Assembly: GCA_025201805.1 (NCBI GenBank)
Contig: MU619237.1
Span: forward strand, 209,237 to 273,236
Direction: 5' to 3'
Origin: Parasitella parasitica NRRL 2501
Taxonomy: Eukaryota > Fungi > Mucoromycota
DNA length: 64,000 bases
Program-made: the position numbers and the translations under genes
Shown: positions 1 through 10,653 of the stretch, piece after piece
How the letters are laid out: each line of letters opens with the position of its first letter
Position numbering within the stretch: position 1 is the stretch's first letter
Notes under the pieces: generated by a model
The model's database searches: none
The model's input: the letters and a program-made list of their open reading frames with translations, nothing else
Told to the model about the DNA's origin: nothing

Positions 1-320
1 CTACGTTTTTGGATTACTCCACTTCCTGTTTTATTGTAGCGATTGACACAATCAGTAACGGTCGACTTTGGCAAGCACATTTCACGTGAAATTTGAGTGA
101 TCTTTTGTTTGGCTTGATATCTGCCGATAATGAGCCCACATGTATAATCGTCAAGTTGTTTACGAATTGTACGATGGTCGTTGGTAATATCTGTTAAAGT
201 CATAATCAGTTGTATTTATGGAGTAGTGATAAAAGAGCGTTTGATTGAAGAGTATTCTACTTGTTTTTATTTGAAAAATAAAGGAAATTAAAAAGGACGG
301 TGACTTATCTTTACCCACGG
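1..320 (-). mobile_element. 5' end of a Tc1/mariner DNA transposon; transposase N-terminus runs off the left window edge
   Basis: Minus-strand ATG at 203 opens a frame not in the ORF track: MTLTDITNDHRTIRKQLDDYTCGLIIGRYQAKQKITQISREMCLPKSTVTDCVNRYNKTGSGVIQKR..., which resembles the paired-like HTH of Tc1 transposases. Upstream lies TA|CCGTGGGTAAAGATAAGTCACC (TA at 321-322), a Tc1-like terminus. Confidence 0.75.
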
Positions 321-1179
321 TAGTATTTATCTTTGTGTAACTATTGTACAAATGAATATCTAAGTATATTCAAGTAGCGATATAACAACAGCAACACGAG
401 TTTGACACTACTTACCTGGCAGGAATTCTTTAATTATCTCTTACTTTGATGACCACCATTTGCTCAAGCCGTGCTTCCTTGCTTAAGTTTTTCATTGGGT
501 CTCCTAATTTGAAAATGATGCTGTCAACTGAGGATATCACATTCGACCTAAAAGAATAGAATCATTATACAACAGATATGAATTATTTTGTTCACTTAGC
601 TTGCTCTGATACCGGAACAGCACCATTAGCAATACTGTTTCTCTTGTAATGAACCACAATACACATCTCATCCCTTTGATCCAAAGTACCCTTCCTTCCT
701 TTCTATGCAACATAGAATTCAGGTGACCTTCTCTAGCAACGGATGATAACAATCATTCTTCAACGCTACTATAAAGATGCTGCGCATGACAGACCCAGGA
801 GCCCCCAGCTCTTTAAAAATAGCCCGAACTCAAGGAACCTTCCGCATCTACGTTGAAAGCCTTTTGCAAAGATCAAATGGGATAATGTGGTGTAGTGCCT
901 GCTTGTCAGTTCAAAACGAAGGTAAATAATTTTGAGCCCCAAAGAAGCATAGAATATGCCTACCAAAATGCTCACTAGTGTGTTGAGGCGACTTAACATT
1001 ATTGTCGTGGTATTAAATTGATTTGGAATTGTAGTAAAAAGAAAAAGAAGGGAAAATCTTGGGAATATACATGGAGTGTTATACTCCGACGGATAAAATG
1101 TCAAAAAAAAGTGACGTAGACAATAAATGGTGGCGCACAGATGGGATGAGTATTTGGTTGCCTTTTCACAGCTCAAAAA

Positions 1180-1540
1180 ATGAAAATTCCTCAAAGAGCA
1201 ATAGCATATCTAAACAACACGCTCCATGACAGTTGGAGCTTTCCAGATGTTGTCAATCTCATCAAGGAGGAGCTATTGTTGAATCATGAAGACAGCTTTA
1301 GTGTACTTTCGAATTTTGAAAATGGACTTCAAAGGAGTCGCGAAAGCAAACGAATGGATAAATCAGTGGAAATCTCTGATCAAGCAGTACGAAAAGACAA
1401 AAGAAACACGAAATGAAACCAACGAGGATCTTTTTTCGTTTCATCTATGTATTCAATTGGATGACAGGAGTACTCAATTCAACGTTTACATCATTCCGGA
1501 ACCAGCGGAATGGTTTCCGTACCGCAAATCATGCATTTAA
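1180..1540 (+). pseudogene. Frameshifted remnant of an unknown, probably repeat-associated gene
   Basis: Two overlapping short ORFs (1180-1416, 1286-1540) read like one protein broken by a frameshift. They lie between two transposon fragments and have no recognisable domain. Confidence 0.3.
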
Positions 1541-2014
1541 AATCAAGAGAAAACAAGTTTGAACCTCGGAAACCAGAGCATCATATAATATTGTTGTGGT
1601 AGCTCCACGGAATGGAACAAAATAGATTGTTTTTGAAGCAGTGCATACAAGTATCCTTGTGTCAATTGTCCCGCTGCTTGCTGTCAACAAAAGCGATCAA
1701 ATGTTTGCACTACTATCATACAACATCATTAAACGCACATTTATGTGCATGACGAGTTGAGTACTATCGTGTATACCATCTGCAGCCTGTTTGTGATATT
1801 AATCCCACAAGCATTTAATTCACATAGAATCAATGCAATTCATATCATAAGTTTATGAGGTGATGTCTTTTTTTTTTTGGAGAGTCTCCGTCCAGATGGG
1901 CATGTGCTACAAAATCAAAACAATCCATTGCTGTTCCCTCTTCTGAAGAGATTGAGGAAGTCGCTCAGGAGCTCGCAAAGTTGATTTATTCATCATAAAA
2001 AAAGAATGAAAATT

Positions 2015-2466
2015 AGCCTACCGAAGCATCTGTCTTCCTCCTTATTTGTCTGCGCTTAATCCGATCGAGAATTTTTGGTTCACAATAAAGAGTTATGTCA
2101 AGAGAACAAAGTTTAACGGTACTGATGATTTGAAAATGAGAGTAGCTGAGGCATCAAACGAGATAAGGCCATCTACTCTCAGGAACATGAGTCGCCATTC
2201 TGTAAGCATATTTGATATATACTTTTGAATGGAGCATCTCTAATGAACCATATACCAATTGTTTTGGCCTTTGATGTTTATTGAATACGTAATTTGAGAT
2301 TGCCAAAAGCGCACATTGAGACTACAAAAAGCGCAATTTGGGGTAGTCAAATGCGTAGATTGGTATATAGTCAAAAGCGCAAATTGAGTTCTATGAAAAG
2401 CGCGAATTGAAAAGTTCAAAAGCGCAAGGTGTTTTTTAAAAGCGCCAATTGGCAATGGAGGCACTG
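2015..2466 (+). mobile_element. 3' end of a degenerate Tc1/IS630-like transposon (DDE C-terminus plus right terminal repeat)
   Basis: SPYLSALNPIENFWFTIKSYVKR...LKMRVAEA...LRNM matches the (P)PYSPxLNPIE-W motif of Tc1/IS630 transposases. It is followed by about 6 AAAAGCGC repeats and ends ...GGAGGCACTG|TA (reverse complement TA|CAGTGCC; TA at 2467-2468). Confidence 0.8.
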
Positions 2467-2729
2467 TATAATATAGTATTGACCATTCTTAGACACAAGC
2501 AACAATGTTGTAAAGATGTTATTTTCCACCAACGCAACTGGCAATTAATATCTGTTTATATTTTTTTTTTTTTTGGCTACGATTAAGAAAAAATGAGTCG
2601 GTTTATTTCTTTAATCATGAAAATAATACACAGGGAATGATATAACTATAAAAAAAAAAAAAAGCAAGAAAGAGTCTAATACAAAAAAAATGAAATAATG
2701 TAGAGTAGAGTAATATGTATAATTTTTTT

Positions 2730-4947
2730 TTACGCGCCACGACGCTTATTTTTGTGTTTGTTATCCTTATTTCCTCCTTTACTTTTGGATGATTGCGGTG
2801 TAAAGGACATTTCCATGCCTCCCATTGCTGTTCGGGACATTTTGTGGCCTTGGTTTTTGCCGCGACTCTCTTGGGTTTGTAATCTTGATCCAAACGACTT
2901 TTTACTGTCGTTCTTGCCTGTCATTCTGCCGCCCACTGTTCCCATACGCAGCTCAGGGCCACGCTTTTTGAAGGTGTTGGATCTTGATCCCGATCGAATC
3001 GAAGTGGATATTTGCTTTTTGTCACGAACCTCTAGTCCTCTTTCTTTACGAATCTTGGAAACGATGTCATCTTCGCTATCAGATCCGCCAGCCAAGCGAT
3101 CGCTGTCATCAGAGTCCATATCCTCGTCGTCATCCATTTGCATATCTTGCTCGACTTCAGCCTCTGACTCCTCCTCATCGTCTGATCTCGCGTGTCTGTT
3201 TTGTTTCTATGGGTAACAATGTCAGCATACACAGTATCTTCAAGGCTACACTATGCAGAAACTTACAGCAGATGGGTGCAACAACTGGTATTCTTTTGAT
3301 TTTTCATCGACTTGGAAGTCAGGGTCCTCAAACAAGTCTGCGAAACGGTTATCGCCCAGCACCTCACCCTTGGCCTTCTTGCTACCAGTTTGTTCAGCCA
3401 TTAGCTGTTTGGCAAGCGCTTTGTTCACACTAGGCAGTTGCTTGATAGCGCGGATACGAGAGCCACGCTCCTTTTCAATCTTGTCCTTCACAACACGCTC
3501 ACGATAATCATCATACGCAAAGGGATTGGCGATAAGTCTAGCCTTTTCATACAGGCGCAAATCGACAAAGAAACCGTGCATGTATGCCTTGAGAACATTG
3601 GTGCCCATGAGATGCTCCAAACCAAGCGTTGCGATTTCTTTGCGTGTAACAAATTTGTATTCGTCGTATATGTCGCGATTGGGGTTTTCTTCCATTTCTT
3701 CGGTGAGATTTTCGAGGAAGGAGGCCCAGCTAGGAGCAGGCCCCAGCTGAGGAATGAAATACGAACCCATTTGGATACCTTCATTAGCTGTGAAAATCAG
3801 ACCGCTGTCATCCACAGTGGTAACATCGTTGATATCAGTTTCGGGCTCGATAGATGTGAAATGTTTGCCGCTGCTACGATCCCAAATCTTAACAATCTTG
3901 CAGTCTGCAACAATGACCTTATCCCCACCCGTCTCGGAATCACTGGCGCCCGCAGCGCCCTTGTGGAAATGAATTGTCTTGATGGGGAACCCATATTGAT
4001 GGTCCTTAACGATGGTGGGTACACTAGAGCGCAAATCATACAACAGAGTGTGCCCAGTGGTGGTACCCACACCCATGGTCAAACCGTCATTACGGAATTT
4101 GAGTGCTGAAACCTCCAATACTGTTTTATCGTCTCTGCCATATGCCGCGGGTACTTCCAAGTTGGATAAAAGGCCAACTCTAGATTTAGATCTAGGGTCC
4201 CATAACTCTACTGTGCCCTTTGCTGTGCCCATACCGAACAACTGATGTGCTGGATTGATTTCGATGCAGTTGATACCTTCTTCAGAGTCTGTCTGGATAG
4301 AGTTCAAGAATCTGCCTTGATCTAAATTGAGTCGGTACACTTCAGATCCAGAAGCAGTGACCATAAGATCACAAGAAGGGAAATGGTAAGCAATATCGCG
4401 GCCGAACTTGGGAATACGGGTGCGATAATGAATGCCGCCTTGTGAATGAACTTCGACCGAACGGTCGTTTTGTAAAAGAGCTTGCTTTGTCCAGTCATCA
4501 GATAAAATCTACAAGACCTGTCAAACGGGCTGCACTGTTATTGTCCTAAACAAAATCAATACTCTACCTCGAAATTAAGAGTCTCTGCATCTGTATGACG
4601 CTCAAACTTCATCGACATGTCTGCAAATTCAAAAACTCTCATCTGAGGTTTGTATGTACCGGTTGCTACGACGTATTTTCCATCGCGAGTTGTCTTTAAG
4701 CGGTTGGAAGCTTCAGGAAATTCGAAATCTTGAATAAGTTCGACTCTCGTACGGAAATCTACATGGAAGAAAAAAGACAATTACTAAGGCATGACCAGGC
4801 AACATGCTGATTTGGATGTTTACCGAAATCCTTCTTCAAGGCCTTTTTCTTTTGACGCACAAGCCAATCAGGAATAGATCTAGAGCCTAGGCCTCCAGAA
4901 ACCGTATATACTTTGATGTTGTTGGCAGTTGTTACTTGCAAGACCAT
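2730..4947 (-). CDS. NOL10: Ribosome biogenesis WD40 protein NOL10/Enp2; exons 4947-4824, 4758-4568, 4508-3267, 3206-2730
   Basis: Motifs RVELIQDFEFPEAS, TGTYKPQ, YRLNLDQGRFL, IPQLGPAPSWASFLENLTEEMEE, AYMHGFF and the NUC153-like DNRFADLFEDPDFQVD. Three GT-AG introns keep the frame. Confidence 0.95.
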
Positions 4948-4992
4948 CTTGTTTAAATGTGTCTAATATTAAAGTCAAGCAGAAACCTTTTT

Positions 4993-5027
<35 letters not shown>

Positions 5028-5481
5028 GCCACAGGGTAAAAAGAAATTCAGTCCCTAAAAATTAATGCGAAAACATTTGATTACTATAGTATACGCTTTC
5101 GAATTAAAAGAAGCTTACAATTGCTTATATGAATTTCATTGACCCATAGCAACGCAATGCTAGCACGTATCGTTTAGAGATACAAGTGCGATACCTTTCA
5201 ATTCTGATCTGAACATTTCAAATGTACCTGAAATTTTATCGCTTTCTAAATGTTGCAATTTTGCTGCAGTAACGAGAGCAACATGCGTATAAACAATGAA
5301 ATACTTAATGTACCATGTTTGTTTGTACTTTGAGTGATTTATTCCATGATTGTCAACTGTCTCTTCACTCCTTTCATGGAAAAAACATAGGCCCCACCGT
5401 CACAAAAAAACGGGGGTAAAGAAATTTTCCTAGTTGTTGTTATTCTTGCTTTTCAATTGAAAGATTTCAGGAAGAATAACG

Positions 5482-6354
5482 ATGACCATGTTGATGACGG
5501 AAAACAGCTTCACAACTCTTGATTGTGACACCTCAAATAGAAAAAAGCGTCGTGTAGAGGAGGAAGGTAAAGCAATGGATACTTGCTCAACTGCGCCAGC
5601 ATCGGCTCTCTTGATCAACCCAGCAACACAGCAATTCAACCGACAAAATATGGTTGTACCAGACTTCAATTGCTCTGCTGTTTTTCACAATGAAATCAGA
5701 CGCATACAGCTATCAAGCTTTTTCTCGAAATACAAAGCAATTGTCTTGTTTTTCTACGAATGCGATTTGTAAGTCATTTGCAATTTTCTGATCTAAGCTA
5801 AATTTTGACATCACATTTCCTCCTGCAGTAAGCCGACTGCTTGTAATGATCTCACTTTGATACAGTAAGTCTATTTTGGTAAGATGTAGCCTATTCCGGT
5901 TCAATTAAGTATTTCTCTCGCCGCAGGAACAACTTTGAGCGATTGGAGTCATTAGGCACGATGCCTTTAGCCATGTCAACGGACACGGAGATGGTCCACA
6001 AAGCTTTTATCAATCAACCTTCATTTGGGCTTGTGCCTTCTTTTCCTCTTGGTACGTTAATTTTATGAAAAACTTGAGCTTTTTGTTATTGATATTTTGA
6101 TACTTATGATATTGTTACAGCATCGGACACCACTCGTTCAATCTCCCGTCATTTCAACATAATAAATCCCGAGACTGGGCTAGCCCTAAGATCAGCTTTT
6201 ATTATTGACAATACAAGACAGGTGAGATTCTCATTTGTACTAGAAGATGATAGATTATCACATTCTATAGATACCATTTGTGATATAGTAAGTTGCGATC
6301 CTTCATACACTAATAAGCCTAGTCTGATGATTTCATTAGCTCCGAACTATTTAA
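5482..6354 (+). CDS. Peroxiredoxin (AhpC/TSA)-fold protein with degenerate active site; exons 5482-5768, 5829-5864, 5927-6051, 6121-6287, 6340-6354 (last exon tentative)
   Basis: Spliced translation ...PDFNCSAV...KYKAIVLFFYECDFKPTACNDL...PLAMSTDTEMVHKAF...FPLASDTTRSISRHFNII..ETGLALRSAFIID aligns block by block with Prx1 (VLFFYPLDFTFVCPTE; SVDS; PLLSD; GxAxRGLFIID). Confidence 0.85.
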
Positions 6355-6565
6355 AATTTTAAATATTCGCACCTTACTATTTAGTTATACGCACATACAT
6401 AAACGATTTTCAGGCTTATAATTATTGAACTACATCATCAGCACATATTATGGATCTCACAATTGATCTACCGTCAACATATAAACACACATAATAAGCG
6501 GTTTTTTCATCTGAATGTCTTGCGAAATGCAAAACGGTATGTTTATTAAGATTTAGCAATTCGTT

Positions 6566-7242
6566 TTAGGCGATATCGCTTGATTCATTAGGCAATCCAA
6601 TCCTTGGGGGCGCTTCATCTGGAATCTCTGGCCATTCTCGGATGTAAGGGCTGTCAGCAGGGAAGGAAGACAAATCTGGAATAGTAAAGCTGTCTGTTTG
6701 CGAGAAATAGATGTCGTCATTGGAGATTTGAACTTTTGTAAGGAGGTCAATATTTTCGTCTGAGGGCCTTGGAATGATCTGCGCTGGTGCAGAGGATGGC
6801 GGGATTAACGCATAAACAAAGCTTGGCTGAGGGGAGTCTGAAATCACATAAGTCTTCATGGATTCTACTGCCACTGGTTGGTATATGTAATTGGAGCCTT
6901 GCTGGTAAACAGCATAGGATATGCTATCACTGGCACTGCTTTCAGCATGTCTTACTGGACCTTCAAATGTATCAATGTCTATTTGTTTATACATGCGGGT
7001 GAATTTTGGTCCTTTACTACGGGTAATCCCAATTAAAGTTATAGTTTACCTTTTTCAATTTGTCGTCGCTGAAAACCTGACATTTTCATTGCATTCTTTA
7101 GGTATGAAGTAATGCCGGCAATTCTATTAGGCTTGAGAATATTACTTTGTTGTTGTTGCTGCTGCTGCTGTATCGGTATGAAAGAACCAGCCAAGGCTGC
7201 AGGCGCCAGCAAGGCAGAGATGATGGCTAATGAAATGCGCAT
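6566..7242 (-). CDS. Small secreted hypothetical protein; exons 7242-7050, 6978-6566
   Basis: Signal-peptide-like MRISLAIISALLAPAALAG followed by polyQ. A GT-AG intron (7049-6979) joins it in frame to the acidic, Pro/Ser-rich ORF ending at 6566. Confidence 0.65.
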
Positions 7243-7351
7243 AACGTTAAAGTGTATAATGTCTGCTCAGAATCGAGAATAAAGAAGCTGTAATTTATAG
7301 GAAGGGGAATATTTTTATTATTTACATTCTTTTCAAACCTTGGTTCACAAA

Positions 7352-8866
7352 TCAATCTATTGTAATCAATTCTTCAATGACAGTGCTTCCTCTCAGCGAA
7401 GTAACTATATTTGTCAAGAATTCCATAGTTGCTGGTTCTCGATGGCTATGCTTATCCAAATATATGATGACCATTACTACATGCTTGTCTATACGCATTA
7501 AATAGTATGTGCTGCTGATGGTGCTGTCGAAAAAGTGGACTGGACCAGACCTTGGATCGTTAAGTTTATGCTTACTTCCTTGTATGATTGAAATGATGTT
7601 TGGTAAATGCTTATTTGGTGGCTCCTATTGATGCATTTTAGCAAGGCACGGTTGTTTATTTGGAGGTAGGGAGGGGGGAGGGTTTCCAACTATACCTTTG
7701 GATGGGAATAGATGAATGGAAATGAGTGGATGCCTTGTGGAGGTTCATATGTTGTACCAGGACATACGTATCCTTGAGGATAGAACGGAATATCTGCGGT
7801 TACTTCATACACTAAACTAACGCTGAGTGCACCAAACTTCCTTTTAAATGTAGATATCCTAGACGGTGCTTTAGTATCCTGTAAGATCCGAATCTTTGCA
7901 CAGCACACTTACTGTTCATAATAATCGATCCTTAGCCCTTTCCATAGCGACTTTTCTGGATCTTCTTCAGTAACCACACTTTCTTTTTCCAACAAAATGT
8001 TGTTGAAGAATAAAGTCATTTTTGCGGTTAAATTCCCAAGTACTCTTGCATGCCATCGAATTGTATTTGGCCAAATATCTCCTTGTTTATGATGCATTTT
8101 AGACTATGAATGCTTCTGTTTAGCTTCTATTACTTCTATAGCTCTAAGCAATAAATACCTCTGATTGACCAAATAAAGGAAATCGCCATGTCGAGGTTTC
8201 CTTGATCTCATCTGGTCTAGACGACGATTTATCGGGGTAATCCTGTTCCTGGCACAGCCTTTTCCAGTCAGACAAGTCCTGCTTTGTTTGATAGAGAGCC
8301 ATGCAGGCGTCTTGAAATGCATAGTTGGTGATGGCAGTTCTCGCCCTTATCACACACGTCAAGATGTTAATTTCCTTTTCTAATCCTAGCCCAAGCAATG
8401 CAAGATCCTTGTGCAAAACCAATTCTACCGTCTTTTTCTGCATTGCTTCTATTTCGACCAAGATGTCACCAAATTCTCCCTTGATCGATTGCGCTAAAAT
8501 GGATTGATACAGGGTTATCATTTCGCGTCTAATATTGCAAAACTTTGTCAAGGCGTCCATGATGACTATGATGCTGTTTTTGTCTTGATTCGACAGGGAA
8601 GCCGCTGTTACGATGTTTAGTATTTCTTTTGGCAGCTCGCTGGCAATATTCGCATAGACAGCCTCGACTGATGCGTCTTTTCTCATGACAAACCATCTCG
8701 AGCGCAAAAACTGCAGTTGGGTGAATGAGCTCTCGCAAGTAGACAATTTTGTAAGAATATTGCCAAGCGGCGGATACACCTTGCCAATCTTTAGGATTAA
8801 TTTGTTAGCAGCAGTATAATCAAAAGCCCCCAGGGCCTTCATTGTATACAGACATTGATCTTCCAT
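7352..8866 (-). CDS. KICS2: KICSTOR complex subunit C12orf66/KICS2 homologue; exons 8866-8159, 8103-7913, 7858-7696, 7624-7352
   Basis: Colinear similarity to recalled C12orf66 blocks: LGAFDYTAA, RKDASVEAVY, LTAKMTLFF, ISTFKRKFGALSVSLVYE, GYVCPGTTYEPPQGIHSFPFIYSHP, HLPNIISII, VHFFDSTISSTYYLMRID. Three clean GT-AG introns. Confidence 0.85.
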
Positions 8867-10509
8867 ATCAACACCCGGAAGAATTCAATGGTGAAGAAGA
8901 GTTGGCAATTGACTGACAAGACAGTGCAGATGTTTTACAGTCGCAATTTTGGTTTACGTCATTTGAGCCTTTATAAATGAGATTTGGAGAAGCCATCATT
9001 GTACTCGAACAGTTTGATCACAATAATACCTGTAAATATTTACTTGAATCATCCCTCAAGCTCCATATTCACTGATGATATTTCGTGCTTGTCTGAAAAT
9101 TACATAGGAATTGCCAGAAAAGATATCAGCGAAGCAGACATACAAAGCCAAGTATGATAAAGTACATGTAGTATGTACGGTTGAGAGATCTCTTGTCTGT
9201 ACACGACAGCAGCCATCTCTTTTCCTCGCTACAAAAATGTTTCGTTTTTATGGAATCTATGTGGAATCTATTAAGGAGGCATATCGTATATTTACAAGTG
9301 CTTTACGTTTGGCTAAAATAAGGAATCCTCCAGCTTTCTAACTTTTTTTTTATGGGTATGGAAAAAAAAAAAAAAAAAAAAAAGCCATTAAAATACATAT
9401 TAGAAGATCTGATGAGGAGTGTTTTTATGTGAACAATATACGAGACAATATATGAGGCATGTTTTCACCTATATTTGCATATTTCACGCTTCCTTTTTAT
9501 TTATTTTTTGCGAGATGCGATTGACTAATACTCCCGCTGATGTCCTCCATCATTTATCCAGTGCATGTATATCTTGACAAAAAGTGGCAATCAGGAACCT
9601 TAAATTGTCAAGCTCATGACTGACGTTGCCAAAGCACCTCTTTACTCCTCGCTGACCTCTGACGCATGCTATCTAGACGATTCAGCTCAAGCTCGTCACC
9701 CTTTTCCAAACTATGCTCAACTCAGGATACAGTGGTGATGCTATTGATGTTTTTGATGGTAAACGGCAAGTGTTCAGGCTACTTTTGCGCGAGGACATCG
9801 TTTTTATTTCCCCCCCCCAAAAAAAAATACAGCATTTGATTGCATGCTCTCATTTGAAAATAAATAATGGGCCGACAATTTCATGCCATATTCAAGGCAT
9901 GCAACATCCAAGTCTTTTAGTTAACAGTGGCAGCAGCACAATTCTGCCTCTCTAGAGCATCTTCAAATGTTTTTTTTTATAAATATAATTGCGAGTGGAT
10001 TTATATACAGCGCTGCACTTTTTTCCGCCAAAATCATGCAAATTTGAGGTTATTCCAGGTTTTCCAATTAGGGTTACAGCGCCTACTGGTGCATTTTCAC
10101 AATCTGTAACCAAAATGGACTAGACACTAATTGGCCAAGTTTATAGTGCTTCATACATCACACTGGAAAGTGAAAAACTCGCTCCAAACAATGGGTAGGG
10201 GTGCGAGCAAGATGTTTAGAAAAGAAGTGCACAGAATCCCCTTTTGTTTACTTGTTTTTGCAAAGGAATCAACAATATCCTCTTCGCGCCCCGCATATTG
10301 CCATGTGTAACCATCATTCATAATTTAGTGATTTACAGAGGATAACCAGTTAGTGAACAGTGTTTCAGATGGTACAACAAGATATATATGATTGGTCTAT
10401 ACCAATTTTAAAAGTGTGGGGTTTTATCCGCTGTAAATGTCGTATAAAAAGGATCCCAAGAAGAAATCCCCCTTTTTTTTTTCTCTTCTTCCTCACCTCT
10501 AATTCCATC

Positions 10510-10617
10510 ATGGCAACTGATAATTCAACCACACGCAAGAGAAAACAAGAAAACTGGTCTGATTTTGTTTACTCGTCGCCCAATTCGCCTCAGCAGCAAC
10601 TCACTTACCCGCAACAA

Positions 10618-10653
<36 letters not shown>

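Noticed and set aside
2752-4245. Many antisense and alternate-frame ORFs over NOL10 (and likewise over other genes)
   Set aside because: Shadows of real coding sequence with no independent motifs.
4990-5440. RRPE/PAC-like motifs in the NOL10 promoter (TGAAATTTT near 5229)
   Set aside because: Short AT-rich matches are expected by chance here, and no PAC motif was found.
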